A DNA stretch of 64,000 bases from Candidatus Binatia bacterium (GTDB taxonomy: Bacteria > Desulfobacterota > Binatia > Bin18). Where the stretch lies: positions 3,328,001 to 3,392,000 of the forward strand of contig OY761159.2 in the NCBI GenBank assembly GCA_963664395.2, in the 5' to 3' direction. Numbering within the stretch: the stretch's first letter is position 1; the number at the start of each line of letters is the position of its first letter. Under the pieces are notes generated by a model, which was not told the DNA's origin, did not search any database, and saw only the letters and a program-made list of their open reading frames with translations. Shown piece by piece: positions 48,180 through 56,979 of this stretch. The position numbers were made by a program, and so were the translations under genes.

Positions 48180-48926
48180 TTACTCGTCCTTTGCCGTGGA
48201 AAACCGGTCGTGTTCGATAGCGCCTTCACACACCAGTCGCCCGCCGCCGTGCAGCCCGGACATCCAGTTGCGCTGGTCGGTGAGCATATAGCTGCGACTG
48301 GGAGTGATCTCCGCTCTGCCTTCGCCGTCCGGCCAGAGCGCTCGTATGGCGACCGCAGGCGGTATATCAGTAGCCAGAGGCGTGGCCAGCAGTGCTGCCA
48401 GGGCCGTGTCGCCCTGACTGAAACCGCCGAACAGGGTGCCCGACGGCAGGCAGGGCTTGCGTCCGATGAACAGCGGTCGGGCCGGTTCCTGCAAGGCACC
48501 GGCCAGGTCGTCCAGCGTCGGGGGCTCATCAGCCGGCTCCAGACGCAGTGCAACGGTGACGCGCATATCCGCGAAGTAGTCGCGATAGCGCAGATGGGGG
48601 GCGTCATATGTGGCCGCTCCACCGGCGCGGCCTTCGGGGACTCCCCGCGTGGTCCAGCCTTGGTCTTTTTTACTCAACTGTGCCGTCTGAAAATCGGTGA
48701 GCCTCACACCGGTCGCCGGCTCGCGGTCAATACGTGCGGCGAATACCAGGCGGTCTTGTAGGCGTTGATGCAGGTCCCGTTCGATCCGTCGCCAACCCAG
48801 AGCGTTGGCCAACAGCCCGGTCAGCATGGAGACGGACGGGAACCAGCGGATGACGCCGTAATTGTCAATGGTTTCCCCGCCAAAGGCCATGAGTGGGGAT
48901 TCGAGAGACAGAATCAGATGGCGCAT
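48180..48926 (-). CDS. cas5: Cas5e (CasD)
   Basis: L..PLMAFG, P..S.LTGLLANALG, DFQT, R.Y.AD and LFIGRK.C motifs. Confidence 0.95.
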   Translation of the reverse strand: MRHLILSLESPLMAFGGETIDNYGVIRWFPSVSMLTGLLANALGWRRIERDLHQRLQDRLVFAARIDREPATGVRLTDFQTAQLSKKDQGWTTRGVPEGRAGGAATYDAPHLRYRDYFADMRVTVALRLEPADEPPTLDDLAGALQEPARPLFIGRKPCLPSGTLFGGFSQGDTALAALLATPLATDIPPAVAIRALWPDGEGRAEITPSRSYMLTDQRNWMSGLHGGGRLVCEGAIEHDRFSTAKDE

Positions 48927-48928
48927 CT

Positions 48929-50147
48929 CTATGCCTCGCCGCTCAGCACTGCCTGTGACGCCCATTCTGCCAAATCGTCCAGACCGAGGCGTTCGGCGTT
49001 GGGAATGTCGCAGTCCTCAACCGACAGCACCCGTCGGGCTTCCTTTGCTCCATAGGCGACGTCCAGTTTACTCAGGTATTGGGATAGGGCGTTGGTGGCA
49101 TCGGATACCTGCGCCTTGGTCGGGTTGCGAAACGTATTGGCCAGGCTGCGCGGCTGACGTATTCCAGCCTCAATGAGCATCAGGTCGGCGCAGGAATAAG
49201 GCGCGGTGGAACCGAGTTTGGCACCGGGCGATACGGTGGCAATCAGATGAACGAGGTGGTCAACCACCTTACCGGCGAGGTCTTTATCCGCGCTCAGGTT
49301 GGACACCAGCCCCGGTACGTCCACCACGACATAGCCGTAGAACAGCCCCGCAGTCAGTTCCATGTCTCCGATGTGTGCGGCGCCGGCGTCTTCGTCAGCC
49401 TGCTGCAAGTCGTCTACCACGGAAAAGTAATCGCTCTCGCTTTCTTCCTGATGCACGGTGAAGGCGTGGGCGACATGGATAGCGGCGTCAATATTGGCTG
49501 CGGGGTCGGAGGTGACCATCCGTCCGAACAGCGCCCCGACAAGCCCACCGGGCAGACTCGTGCTTTTGCGGAATGCCTCGAAATTCGGGATTTCATCACC
49601 GAACATCTCAGTAGCGGCATTTCTGGCATCTCTCCGCGGTCGGTCTTGGCTTTTCCAGTGGCGGTTTTAATTTGTTCGTCAGTCACCAACAAGCCAGTAG
49701 CCACTTTCGTGCGGCAATTTCGTCCTCGGAGTGTTTCTCACAGATCGCTTTGGCTTTCTCACGCATAGATATTCCACTTCGGGCAGACCCAACAGCAAGG
49801 GTTGGCGACCCTTTTCCGTGTCACCTGTCTTGCCGTACACTCCTATGTTGAAAGCCTTTTCAACTGCTTCAAGCACATCGCCAGAAGTCTCTCCGGCATT
49901 GCGCAATGGCTGCATGACCGTGCGGTCAACAACATTTCGAGAGCGGAACGCATCCGGCCCAATGTGAGTGATGAGAAAATTCGTCCTCTGCCATGCGCCA
50001 GTGCCGCTTGAGGCACTGCGACGAGATACGGGTCCGTACCGCGTCACCGAAGGGCAGGCGCTTGGCCAGGCCGCTGTCGTCGCGGTTCAGCAGCGCGGCG
50101 GGATAGGAATGAAGGGTGTGGATTTGCAGAAAACGTGGTGTGGTCAT
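48929..50147 (-). CDS. cas7: Cas7e (Cse4/CasC) interrupted by about four frameshifts between ~49630 and ~49980
   Basis: IH.L..YP..LLNRDD.G.AK, RISSQCLKR and ALFGRM, VAHAFTVH, DYF.VVDD motifs lie in different frames. Confidence 0.88.
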
Positions 50148-50203
50148 GGTGAAAACTCCTTGGTGCTTTTGTCTTCTTGTCGTCCCTATGGGCGAAATTG
50201 TCT

Positions 50204-51154
50204 TTACTCGTCGGTCGAGGAAGAACGGTGCTGCTCCGCCCGGTAATACTCACGGGCAATTTTTATTCGAGCCTCATCAGCCCGCTCTTCGTTGTATCCG
50301 TCGTTGAGGATGAACCAAGCCATTTCCCGCCAGTTGAAGGCGCAGCCTTTGCTCGCCAGCATCCGAAACAGCCGTGCCAGCAGACGATGGAGCGTTGGTC
50401 CTCTGGCGGCAAGTAACGTCGCTAGTCGGTCCTCGCTGTAAAAGGCCGTTCCCGGTTGGTCTTGATTGCCCTCATATAATACCCGCCCAACCGGCCTTCT
50501 TGGATTATGAGCCAAGCCAGCAGTATGGGACATCAGGGCTATGCCGTGTGTGATAAGCCCCCATTTTTTAATATCCGGGTTTCTGGACATTCCGCGTTGG
50601 CTCATGAGCTTCCAGAACACAGCGCCGCCAGGATTGCTCGGGTCCATGCGTCGGAGGCTGGCTTTTTCTCCTGTTGTCATTTCCTTGGATTCAATCGACT
50701 CGATGGTGTTCGCCATAACAACACCAAAGTTGGCAGGTATCGGACTGCTGGGCAGTCCAGGCAAGAGTTTGGTCACGCTGTTGTGTCCAGCAGTGCCATT
50801 TTCGATAATGTCGTACAGTTCGCGTCGGTGATCTGAGTTATCACCACGCCAAACCTTTGTAGTGATACCCATCTGTTTGAACGCTTCCAGCCAGTCTTCC
50901 TGTCCTTCTCCGAATGGGCTGTCAGCCTCGCGCTTTAACTCTGCTACCAGCATTTCAAACAGACCTGACTCTGGGTGCTGCCGAAACATAACGAGGTCGG
51001 GAAATCCCCTGCCGCGCACTATGCGAAAACCATCAACATGGAACGGTCTCCATCCATGATGAATAGCTTCTTCATGCACCTCTTTGTTAAAGAACCACTC
51101 CCTATCCGTAACAGCGGAATCTGGAGCTTTGTTGACTGGTTGTTGCTCTGACAT
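50204..51154 (-). CDS. cas11: Cas11/Cse2 fused to an N-terminal VRR-NUC PD-(D/E)XK nuclease domain
   Basis: C-terminal half has A.LRR, FW.L, G..L, SE.RL..LL, W..MA and IAREYY; N-terminal half has GFPDL, ELK and Q..WL; canonical position between cas8e and cas7. Confidence 0.85.
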   Translation of the reverse strand: MSEQQPVNKAPDSAVTDREWFFNKEVHEEAIHHGWRPFHVDGFRIVRGRGFPDLVMFRQHPESGLFEMLVAELKREADSPFGEGQEDWLEAFKQMGITTKVWRGDNSDHRRELYDIIENGTAGHNSVTKLLPGLPSSPIPANFGVVMANTIESIESKEMTTGEKASLRRMDPSNPGGAVFWKLMSQRGMSRNPDIKKWGLITHGIALMSHTAGLAHNPRRPVGRVLYEGNQDQPGTAFYSEDRLATLLAARGPTLHRLLARLFRMLASKGCAFNWREMAWFILNDGYNEERADEARIKIAREYYRAEQHRSSSTDE

Positions 51155-51156
51155 AC

Positions 51157-52746
51157 TTAACTCTCCTTCTGTCCTTCATCGAAAAGAAACGGGAGCCCCT
51201 TCGCGCCGCATATCCGACCCTCAAACAGTCCCTCAGCGTTGACACGGGCGCGGTAGCGGTGAATGGCCGGGCAGGGCAGGGAATCCTCGGCAGCGTGCAA
51301 AGTCCGACGAGCGAGGTCAACTATGCCGTCTTTGCCGTTCATTAACCACTCGTTGCGAACACGCTTCCGCTCTGCCTCATCGTCAACCTCGAACTCATCC
51401 TGTAGGTCGTTAAAAAAGCGGGCGTCTACGATTTCGTCTAACTTGTTCAGCCAGGGATGGGCTAGGGCACGATGTTCAGGACTCACCTTATCGCCGTCGC
51501 CTCGGGCGGCGAACACCTGGATGGCGTGGCTGAGAATGCGCTGAACGGTGCCGACCTGTTCAATGCGCTGTTGAGCAATGTCGCCGAGTTCGGCAGTACC
51601 TCCCACTCTTCCGAAAACCTGTATTGTTTTGGAGCGTAGTGGGATGACTCGTTCGTGATAGCCTTCGGTCATGCCTTGTTTATTCGTATTGTTCTTTGTA
51701 CTTCGCGCTACTAGTTGCATTGAGGTGTTTGAATCACGGTCTTCTGAAGACCTTGATAACAATGGAGGCCACTCCCAATCAGCGGACGTGAGATAGGTCG
51801 TTATGCGTTTATAGCTAAAACCTGCCGGTCCGATGTTCAGGGCTTTGCCTTCTTTTTTGTTGATCGGAGTCCAAGGGTCTCCAGTCCGTCCGTTAATATT
51901 TTTTGCCTCAATACGACTGGATTCAGAGTTTGCCCTGACGCCGTACAGATTTCCCTTTTCGTTTGTTTGAAGCCGGACGCGGCGGCAGATTTCTATGTAG
52001 AAGGGGTCCAGTTGGTCAAGTCGTATTCCTTCTTTCTTGTTTCCGTCCCACGGTATGGCCCACAATAAATCCGCCCCACCATCGGTCATCGGATAATCGG
52101 CCAAAATTGTCTGGCGATGTTTCTGCAAGACTTTAATATCTCTGAGAACGTGAGCGCCAGTGCGTCCGGATGGCGCGAGGCTAAAAGCGGGCCGCCCGGA
52201 ATATGCGCTTCTGATTCTCGAAATCGGATAATTGCCTCTACCATTCTGGAGTGACATCGTTTGCAGCGTAATCAGCGCGAAGAGCCATTCATCAGGAACG
52301 GCCTGCGTCGCCACAGCGGCTTTCAGGTCGTGATTCTTGGAGGTGACGAGCATGTCCAGTTCGTCGGGTGTGGCGACAGTGCTCTTGTAATCCTTCTCGC
52401 GCTCTGCGGACGAGGCCGGGGGCTGCATGAAGGCGGGTTTGGTGATGTCGTCAACCACAAGCTGCCAGGGCTCGTCGTTGGGATAGTCAGGTGTCAGCGC
52501 GCGAATAATACGCAGCCACTCCGTGGCATCTTTAGGTGGCGTCAGTCCAGCCCGTCCCGGTGCATCGCCATTGACACCCAACTGAACCAGAAAGGCGTGC
52601 CAGGCGTGGCGCTGATGGGGCCGGAGCGCAGGAAAGGCGTCTATTTTGTCATCTATCAGTGCGGCGTAGGTTTCGGGCAGGGAGGCGGGATATGTACTTC
52701 CGGCCGCGTTAATCCGAATCAAGGGGTCAGTGAGAATGTTGAGCAT
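51157..52746 (-). CDS. cas8e: Cas8e (Cse1/CasA)
   Basis: N.L..PLI, F.ALRPHQ.H.W.AFL.QL, PAF.QP, LVT.KNHD, IEICRR.RL and GDPW.P motifs. Confidence 0.9.
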   Translation of the reverse strand: MLNILTDPLIRINAAGSTYPASLPETYAALIDDKIDAFPALRPHQRHAWHAFLVQLGVNGDAPGRAGLTPPKDATEWLRIIRALTPDYPNDEPWQLVVDDITKPAFMQPPASSAEREKDYKSTVATPDELDMLVTSKNHDLKAAVATQAVPDEWLFALITLQTMSLQNGRGNYPISRIRSAYSGRPAFSLAPSGRTGAHVLRDIKVLQKHRQTILADYPMTDGGADLLWAIPWDGNKKEGIRLDQLDPFYIEICRRVRLQTNEKGNLYGVRANSESSRIEAKNINGRTGDPWTPINKKEGKALNIGPAGFSYKRITTYLTSADWEWPPLLSRSSEDRDSNTSMQLVARSTKNNTNKQGMTEGYHERVIPLRSKTIQVFGRVGGTAELGDIAQQRIEQVGTVQRILSHAIQVFAARGDGDKVSPEHRALAHPWLNKLDEIVDARFFNDLQDEFEVDDEAERKRVRNEWLMNGKDGIVDLARRTLHAAEDSLPCPAIHRYRARVNAEGLFEGRICGAKGLPFLFDEGQKES

Positions 52747-53246
52747 ATCTTCTCCGAGCTACTGATGCAGAGCGAGGTTCGTCCAAATCAACGGATCATT
52801 TAAGGCGTTTAACGTGTGAAAATCTCCTTTCGGGTTTTTTACCCGACTATGGTGAGGCATGTCAGGATGGTGCTCGGAAATTTGGGTAGTGTCTCAGTTT
52901 GAATCCTTTGGATTTCGCTCTCGTATGGCGGACCTTGACTCCGCCTGCCGCAGTGTTTTGGCCTCGCTGATAAAGGGATACTGTGCATAATTTGCCGCCC
53001 TTGTCCCTACCAAGATTAGTAGGAAGTGAAGAAAAATGACGAGGGCGTCGAAAAAAGTGGGCAGGCAATCAGCGGCGAGGAGAAGCAATTTCAAAGTGAG
53101 ACACTACCGAAATTTGAAATTCTATCCTTGTGCATAGCGTCCGCACCTCCAATGAACACGGTGATTCAGCGAGCGCAGCTTGTACAACGGCTGTATTTGG
53201 TATTGCGATTCTGACCAGAGCGGTCTTTTGAGAAATGGGACGGACT

Positions 53247-53480
53247 ATGCAAGCAGACTATGCTGGAATTATCACGGTCGAACCGGGCAAGCGCGGCGGG
53301 AAACCCTGCATTCGTGGCCTGCGCATCACGGTCTACGATATTCTGGAGTATCTGGCGTCCGGGATGACCGAGTCTGAAATTCTGGCCGATTTTCCCGACC
53401 TGACCCGCGAGGATATCCGGGCGTGTCTGGCATTTGCCGCTGAGCGGGAGCGTCGCTTGGTAGCCATTCCGCCAGAATGA
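53247..53480 (+). CDS. DUF433 antitoxin-like protein, followed by a 4-codon remnant of a partner gene
   Basis: P.K.GGKPCIRG.RI.V.DIL..LA.G....IL...P.L..EDI motif; ATGA overlap gives MRLL*. Confidence 0.88.
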   Translation: MQADYAGIITVEPGKRGGKPCIRGLRITVYDILEYLASGMTESEILADFPDLTREDIRACLAFAAERERRLVAIPPE

Positions 53481-53520
53481 GACTGTTGTAGCCGGCGAAA
53501 CAGCGCGGCGAGCAGGCTGC

Positions 53521-56199
53521 CTATACCCGGCGCAGTCCCAGCCGGTCGTACCGGAAACGGGACTCGCCCATACGGAATGTAAAACCGCTGTCCTCCAGGT
53601 CGGGAACGACCGGCTTGTCGTCGGTCGCCTCGTCGGACAGACGGGGGGCCAGATGATGGGGGATGGTCAACTGCCCAATGGCTTCTGCCCCGAACGGGCT
53701 TGGCGCTGGTGGGTCCAACTCCACTTCAATGCCCTCGTCACCCAGCCGAGTGCGTATGCGTTCTTCGTCACTACCGAATACAACCTCACGGTTGTCATCG
53801 CCAAAAAAGGATTTGTCGTAACGAACGAGGGCACTCCGCGCGGTCAGGGCTCCGGCCAGGGTTGCCCCGGTCATACGATTGGCGTGGATTTGCCAGGCGT
53901 CGCCCAACTCGTCGGTTATGGCTTTCAGGGCGTCGGGGTGGGTCGTTCGCTCCACCAGTTCCCGGTTCATTGCCGGGATACGCCATTCCGGGTGGTGGAG
54001 AATCAGCCGGCGCGTCGCCTCAAGCACACGCAGATCCTCGTAGACGAACCCGTGCGGTCCCAGCCCGTTCCGACCGGGACCTTTGGATAATAAGGGTGAG
54101 AGGTCATCCCTCTCCGGCATCAGCACGATACACGCGGGCGTCGCGTAGCCTTCGGGCCGGTCAGCCCGTTGGTGGCGGTGCAGCCGACCGATGCGCTGGA
54201 GCAGTACGTCCATCGGGCACAAGTCGGTGATTAACAGGTCCGCGTCTATGTCCAGCGATTGCTCCAAGGTCTGCGTCCCCACAATAATGCATCCGCCGGA
54301 CGGACGGTCTTTACCGATCTGATCTTCCACCGCTTTGTCCAGCACGAGTCGGTCTTCACGGGCGAACCTGCCGTGGTGGAGGGTGAGAATGCCGCGACAG
54401 GCGTAGAGCAGGTGGCTTTCGTCCTGGGCAATCATTGCTTCCACCGTCTGTTGGGTGTCAATGGCGTATTGCACGGTGTTCCGTACCACCAGAACCTTGG
54501 CTCCGGCACGGGTCGCGCGCAGAGCGCGTTGGGCTACCTGGGTGAAATCTCCCATGTCCGAGATGGCCTCAACCCGAACCGTTTTCTCCCTCCCGTTTTC
54601 GTTCACGGCGATGGTGGTTTTGCCGGTACGCGTCGAGACCGCAGGGTAGGGGGTCTCGATGGCGTCGTTCAACGACGGTGGAGTATTGGTAGCAGAGGAA
54701 GATTTTTCGGACAGCCAGCGAGAGCGTGCCGCAGAGCCGAGCGTGGCAGACATCAGGAGGGCGTAGCCGCCAGTCCCGATATGGACACGTAGTAAGGCTT
54801 CGAGAATGACGCGCATATAGGGGTCGGAGGCGTGCACCTCGTCCACTACCAGAAGATTGCGCGACAGGCAGGCGGCGCGCATATGGGCGTGCTTGACCTG
54901 GAGGGCGGCCAGCATGGCTTGGTCAACCGTACCGACGGCGATTTGGGCTGCCAGGTAGCGCTTGGCGCTCTCGGCTGCCCAGCGGCGTTTTTCGGTGAGG
55001 ATGTCGGGATGATCGTCCCACCACACCTCGTATTTCGGCAGATGCTTTCCTGTGGCGGCTCCGGCACGGACATAGCCGGGGACTGCCAGCACGGGCTCCG
55101 GGCCGACTCCTTCGGGGAACAGCTTGTCAATGAAGCGTGTGATGCGTCTGTGCATCTGGCTGGCTGCCGCACGGGTAGGCAAGGCAAAATACAGTCCGTC
55201 TACCCGTCCGTCTTGATACATATGGGCAAAGCGCCAGAGCGCGGCCTCGGTTTTCCCAGAGCCGGTTTCGGACTCGATGATAACCAGGCGCTCGTCCAGC
55301 GGAACCGCTATCGCCGAGTGCTGAATGGGGTTGGGCGTTGCGTTGGGGATGCCGAATAGGGCGTCGAAATTCGGCAGGGCGGGCAGTACGTGAAAAGCGC
55401 TCCGCTGGCTTTCGATATTCAACCCGATTTCCAAGAGCGCATTGTGGGCGTTGTGCCGTGCGGTCTGCATGTAGTCGTCACGAGGCTCGTCGCAGAATGG
55501 GAAGTGGGTTTCGTCAGAACCAATCCAGTCGGCCAGCATGCACAGGCCCAGAAACATATGCTGAAAAGCGGGAGTGGACGGCAGAGGAAGCGCACGAAGT
55601 GTCCAGGCTGCAGGAAACCAGTCTCGCACCAGCCGCCCGATGCGCTCTACACCACGCCGGGGGTGCAGTGCACCGAAGGAGCGCCAGATGGCGGGATTCT
55701 TGGACCGACTATCCTGCATGTTAAGTGGCCGACCGTGGTGAGACAGCGCAGCCACGAACAAGGCGCAGACCGTCTCTCCGCCGCAATCGTCCCAGGTCAG
55801 AAAATCCTCCCACCAGCCCAGCGTACTGAAGAACCAGTCCGCGGTTTCGGTGTCATCGTAGTTCAGAACCGGTGTCAGGTCGGCGATATGTCCGGCAGGG
55901 CGTGGGTGGCGCGTATCTGTGGGAAAGTCGGATTCCTGCCATATCCGTGTCTGAAAGCCGATGTTGACTTTGCCTATGTCGTGCATAGCTGCCAAGACTG
56001 CCAGCCGTGCTGCAATCACAGGGTCAATGTCGTCCAGCTTGCCAGCCCGTGCTAGTCGTTGTCGGATAGTCGGCTGTGCCAGCAGAGCCTCAAAGCAGGC
56101 CCCCACATCAGCCATATGGTGTTCCAGCAGATGGATACGTTGTGGGTTTTCGCGGTCGGATTTTGCCCAGAAGACCTGGGTATATGCTGCGGGTAGCAT
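53521..56199 (-). CDS. cas3: Cas3 HD nuclease-helicase, apparently intact
   Basis: WAKS, H..DV, HDIGK, HHG, ADWIGS, ETGSGKT, DEVH, SAT and QRIGRLHRH motifs. Confidence 0.95.
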   Translation of the reverse strand: MLPAAYTQVFWAKSDRENPQRIHLLEHHMADVGACFEALLAQPTIRQRLARAGKLDDIDPVIAARLAVLAAMHDIGKVNIGFQTRIWQESDFPTDTRHPRPAGHIADLTPVLNYDDTETADWFFSTLGWWEDFLTWDDCGGETVCALFVAALSHHGRPLNMQDSRSKNPAIWRSFGALHPRRGVERIGRLVRDWFPAAWTLRALPLPSTPAFQHMFLGLCMLADWIGSDETHFPFCDEPRDDYMQTARHNAHNALLEIGLNIESQRSAFHVLPALPNFDALFGIPNATPNPIQHSAIAVPLDERLVIIESETGSGKTEAALWRFAHMYQDGRVDGLYFALPTRAAASQMHRRITRFIDKLFPEGVGPEPVLAVPGYVRAGAATGKHLPKYEVWWDDHPDILTEKRRWAAESAKRYLAAQIAVGTVDQAMLAALQVKHAHMRAACLSRNLLVVDEVHASDPYMRVILEALLRVHIGTGGYALLMSATLGSAARSRWLSEKSSSATNTPPSLNDAIETPYPAVSTRTGKTTIAVNENGREKTVRVEAISDMGDFTQVAQRALRATRAGAKVLVVRNTVQYAIDTQQTVEAMIAQDESHLLYACRGILTLHHGRFAREDRLVLDKAVEDQIGKDRPSGGCIIVGTQTLEQSLDIDADLLITDLCPMDVLLQRIGRLHRHQRADRPEGYATPACIVLMPERDDLSPLLSKGPGRNGLGPHGFVYEDLRVLEATRRLILHHPEWRIPAMNRELVERTTHPDALKAITDELGDAWQIHANRMTGATLAGALTARSALVRYDKSFFGDDNREVVFGSDEERIRTRLGDEGIEVELDPPAPSPFGAEAIGQLTIPHHLAPRLSDEATDDKPVVPDLEDSGFTFRMGESRFRYDRLGLRRV

Positions 56200-56337
56200 G
56201 TCCTCTCTCGATAAAAGCGCCGACTGCTGGAAACACGCAGGTATAGCAATCGACATTGAGGGGTCAAGCTCGCCTGCCCCGCCGCTCAGCTCTTCCTGCT
56301 CAAATACGAATGCGTTGACGCAGAGCCGTGAGGAGAC

Positions 56338-56373
56338 CCCTCACCCTAGCCCTCTCCCCCAAGGGGAGAGGGG
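56338..56373. repeat. REP-like palindrome CCCTCACCCTAGCCCTCTCCCC-AA-GGGGAGAGGG
   Basis: Hairpin; related copy at ~61615-61645. Confidence 0.65.
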
Positions 56374-56445
56374 ATAATCAGAACAGGAACGAGGGAGACA
56401 TATCAAACGGCCGCCGGACAGTCGTGAACCCGAGCCGTCGGCGTA

Positions 56446-56766
56446 TCAGGCTCCCGGCGGCCGGTAGGGTACGCTTTTGCCGACCGCTTCGTCCACGGTT
56501 TCCGGTGTAACGAGGACGGTGACGCCGATGTTGAGGGCGCCGGCGGCACCGATCGTCAAGGACACGGCCGTTGCCGTGGCGTCGTCTGGAAGATCGGCAA
56601 TGATGTACAGGTCGGGCTCCCCGAAGGCGTAGTACAGCACCTCTACGCTGCCGCCCATGCCCTCAATGGTCGCGGTTAAGGCCTCCCGCCGGCGCGTGCC
56701 GCCTTCCTTCAGCAAACCGGTCAGTCCCGACTGCGTGTACGTTGCGTGAAACATGTATTTGCCCAT
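56446..56766 (-). CDS. GYD domain protein
   Basis: YT..G..GL, GG.VE..YYAFG..D motifs; GGAGG RBS. Confidence 0.85.
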   Translation of the reverse strand: MGKYMFHATYTQSGLTGLLKEGGTRRREALTATIEGMGGSVEVLYYAFGEPDLYIIADLPDDATATAVSLTIGAAGALNIGVTVLVTPETVDEAVGKSVPYRPPGA

Positions 56767-56778
56767 TGGCTTCCCTCC

Positions 56779-56875
56779 GTTTCAATCCTCACCGACCTGT
56801 TAAGGCCGGTGTTTCCGCTGAGTGGATTATATGCCAGTCGGATCAAGTGTTTCAATCCTCATCGGCCCGTTGAGG
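56779..56875 (-). CRISPR. Relic mini-array of type I-C-like repeats (37-nt repeat, 33-nt spacer, truncated repeat)
   Basis: GTTTCAATCCTCACCGACCTGTTAAGGCCGGTG at 56779 and GTTTCAATCCTCATCGGCCCGTTGAGG at 56849; 70-nt period. Confidence 0.75.
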
Positions 56876-56979
56876 AGGGAACGTAAACTGAGGGAGCCCT
56901 GAATGCGTGAGTCGTCGCGCCTCAGTTGCATTCGCGGGATGGGCTGACGTATGATTCCGCAAAAAGAAGGAGGCTGCCT

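Noticed and set aside
52862-53214. Short ORFs between cas8e and DUF433 as anti-CRISPR or accessory genes
   Set aside because: No clear RBS or motif, and they overlap each other; unsupported without a search.
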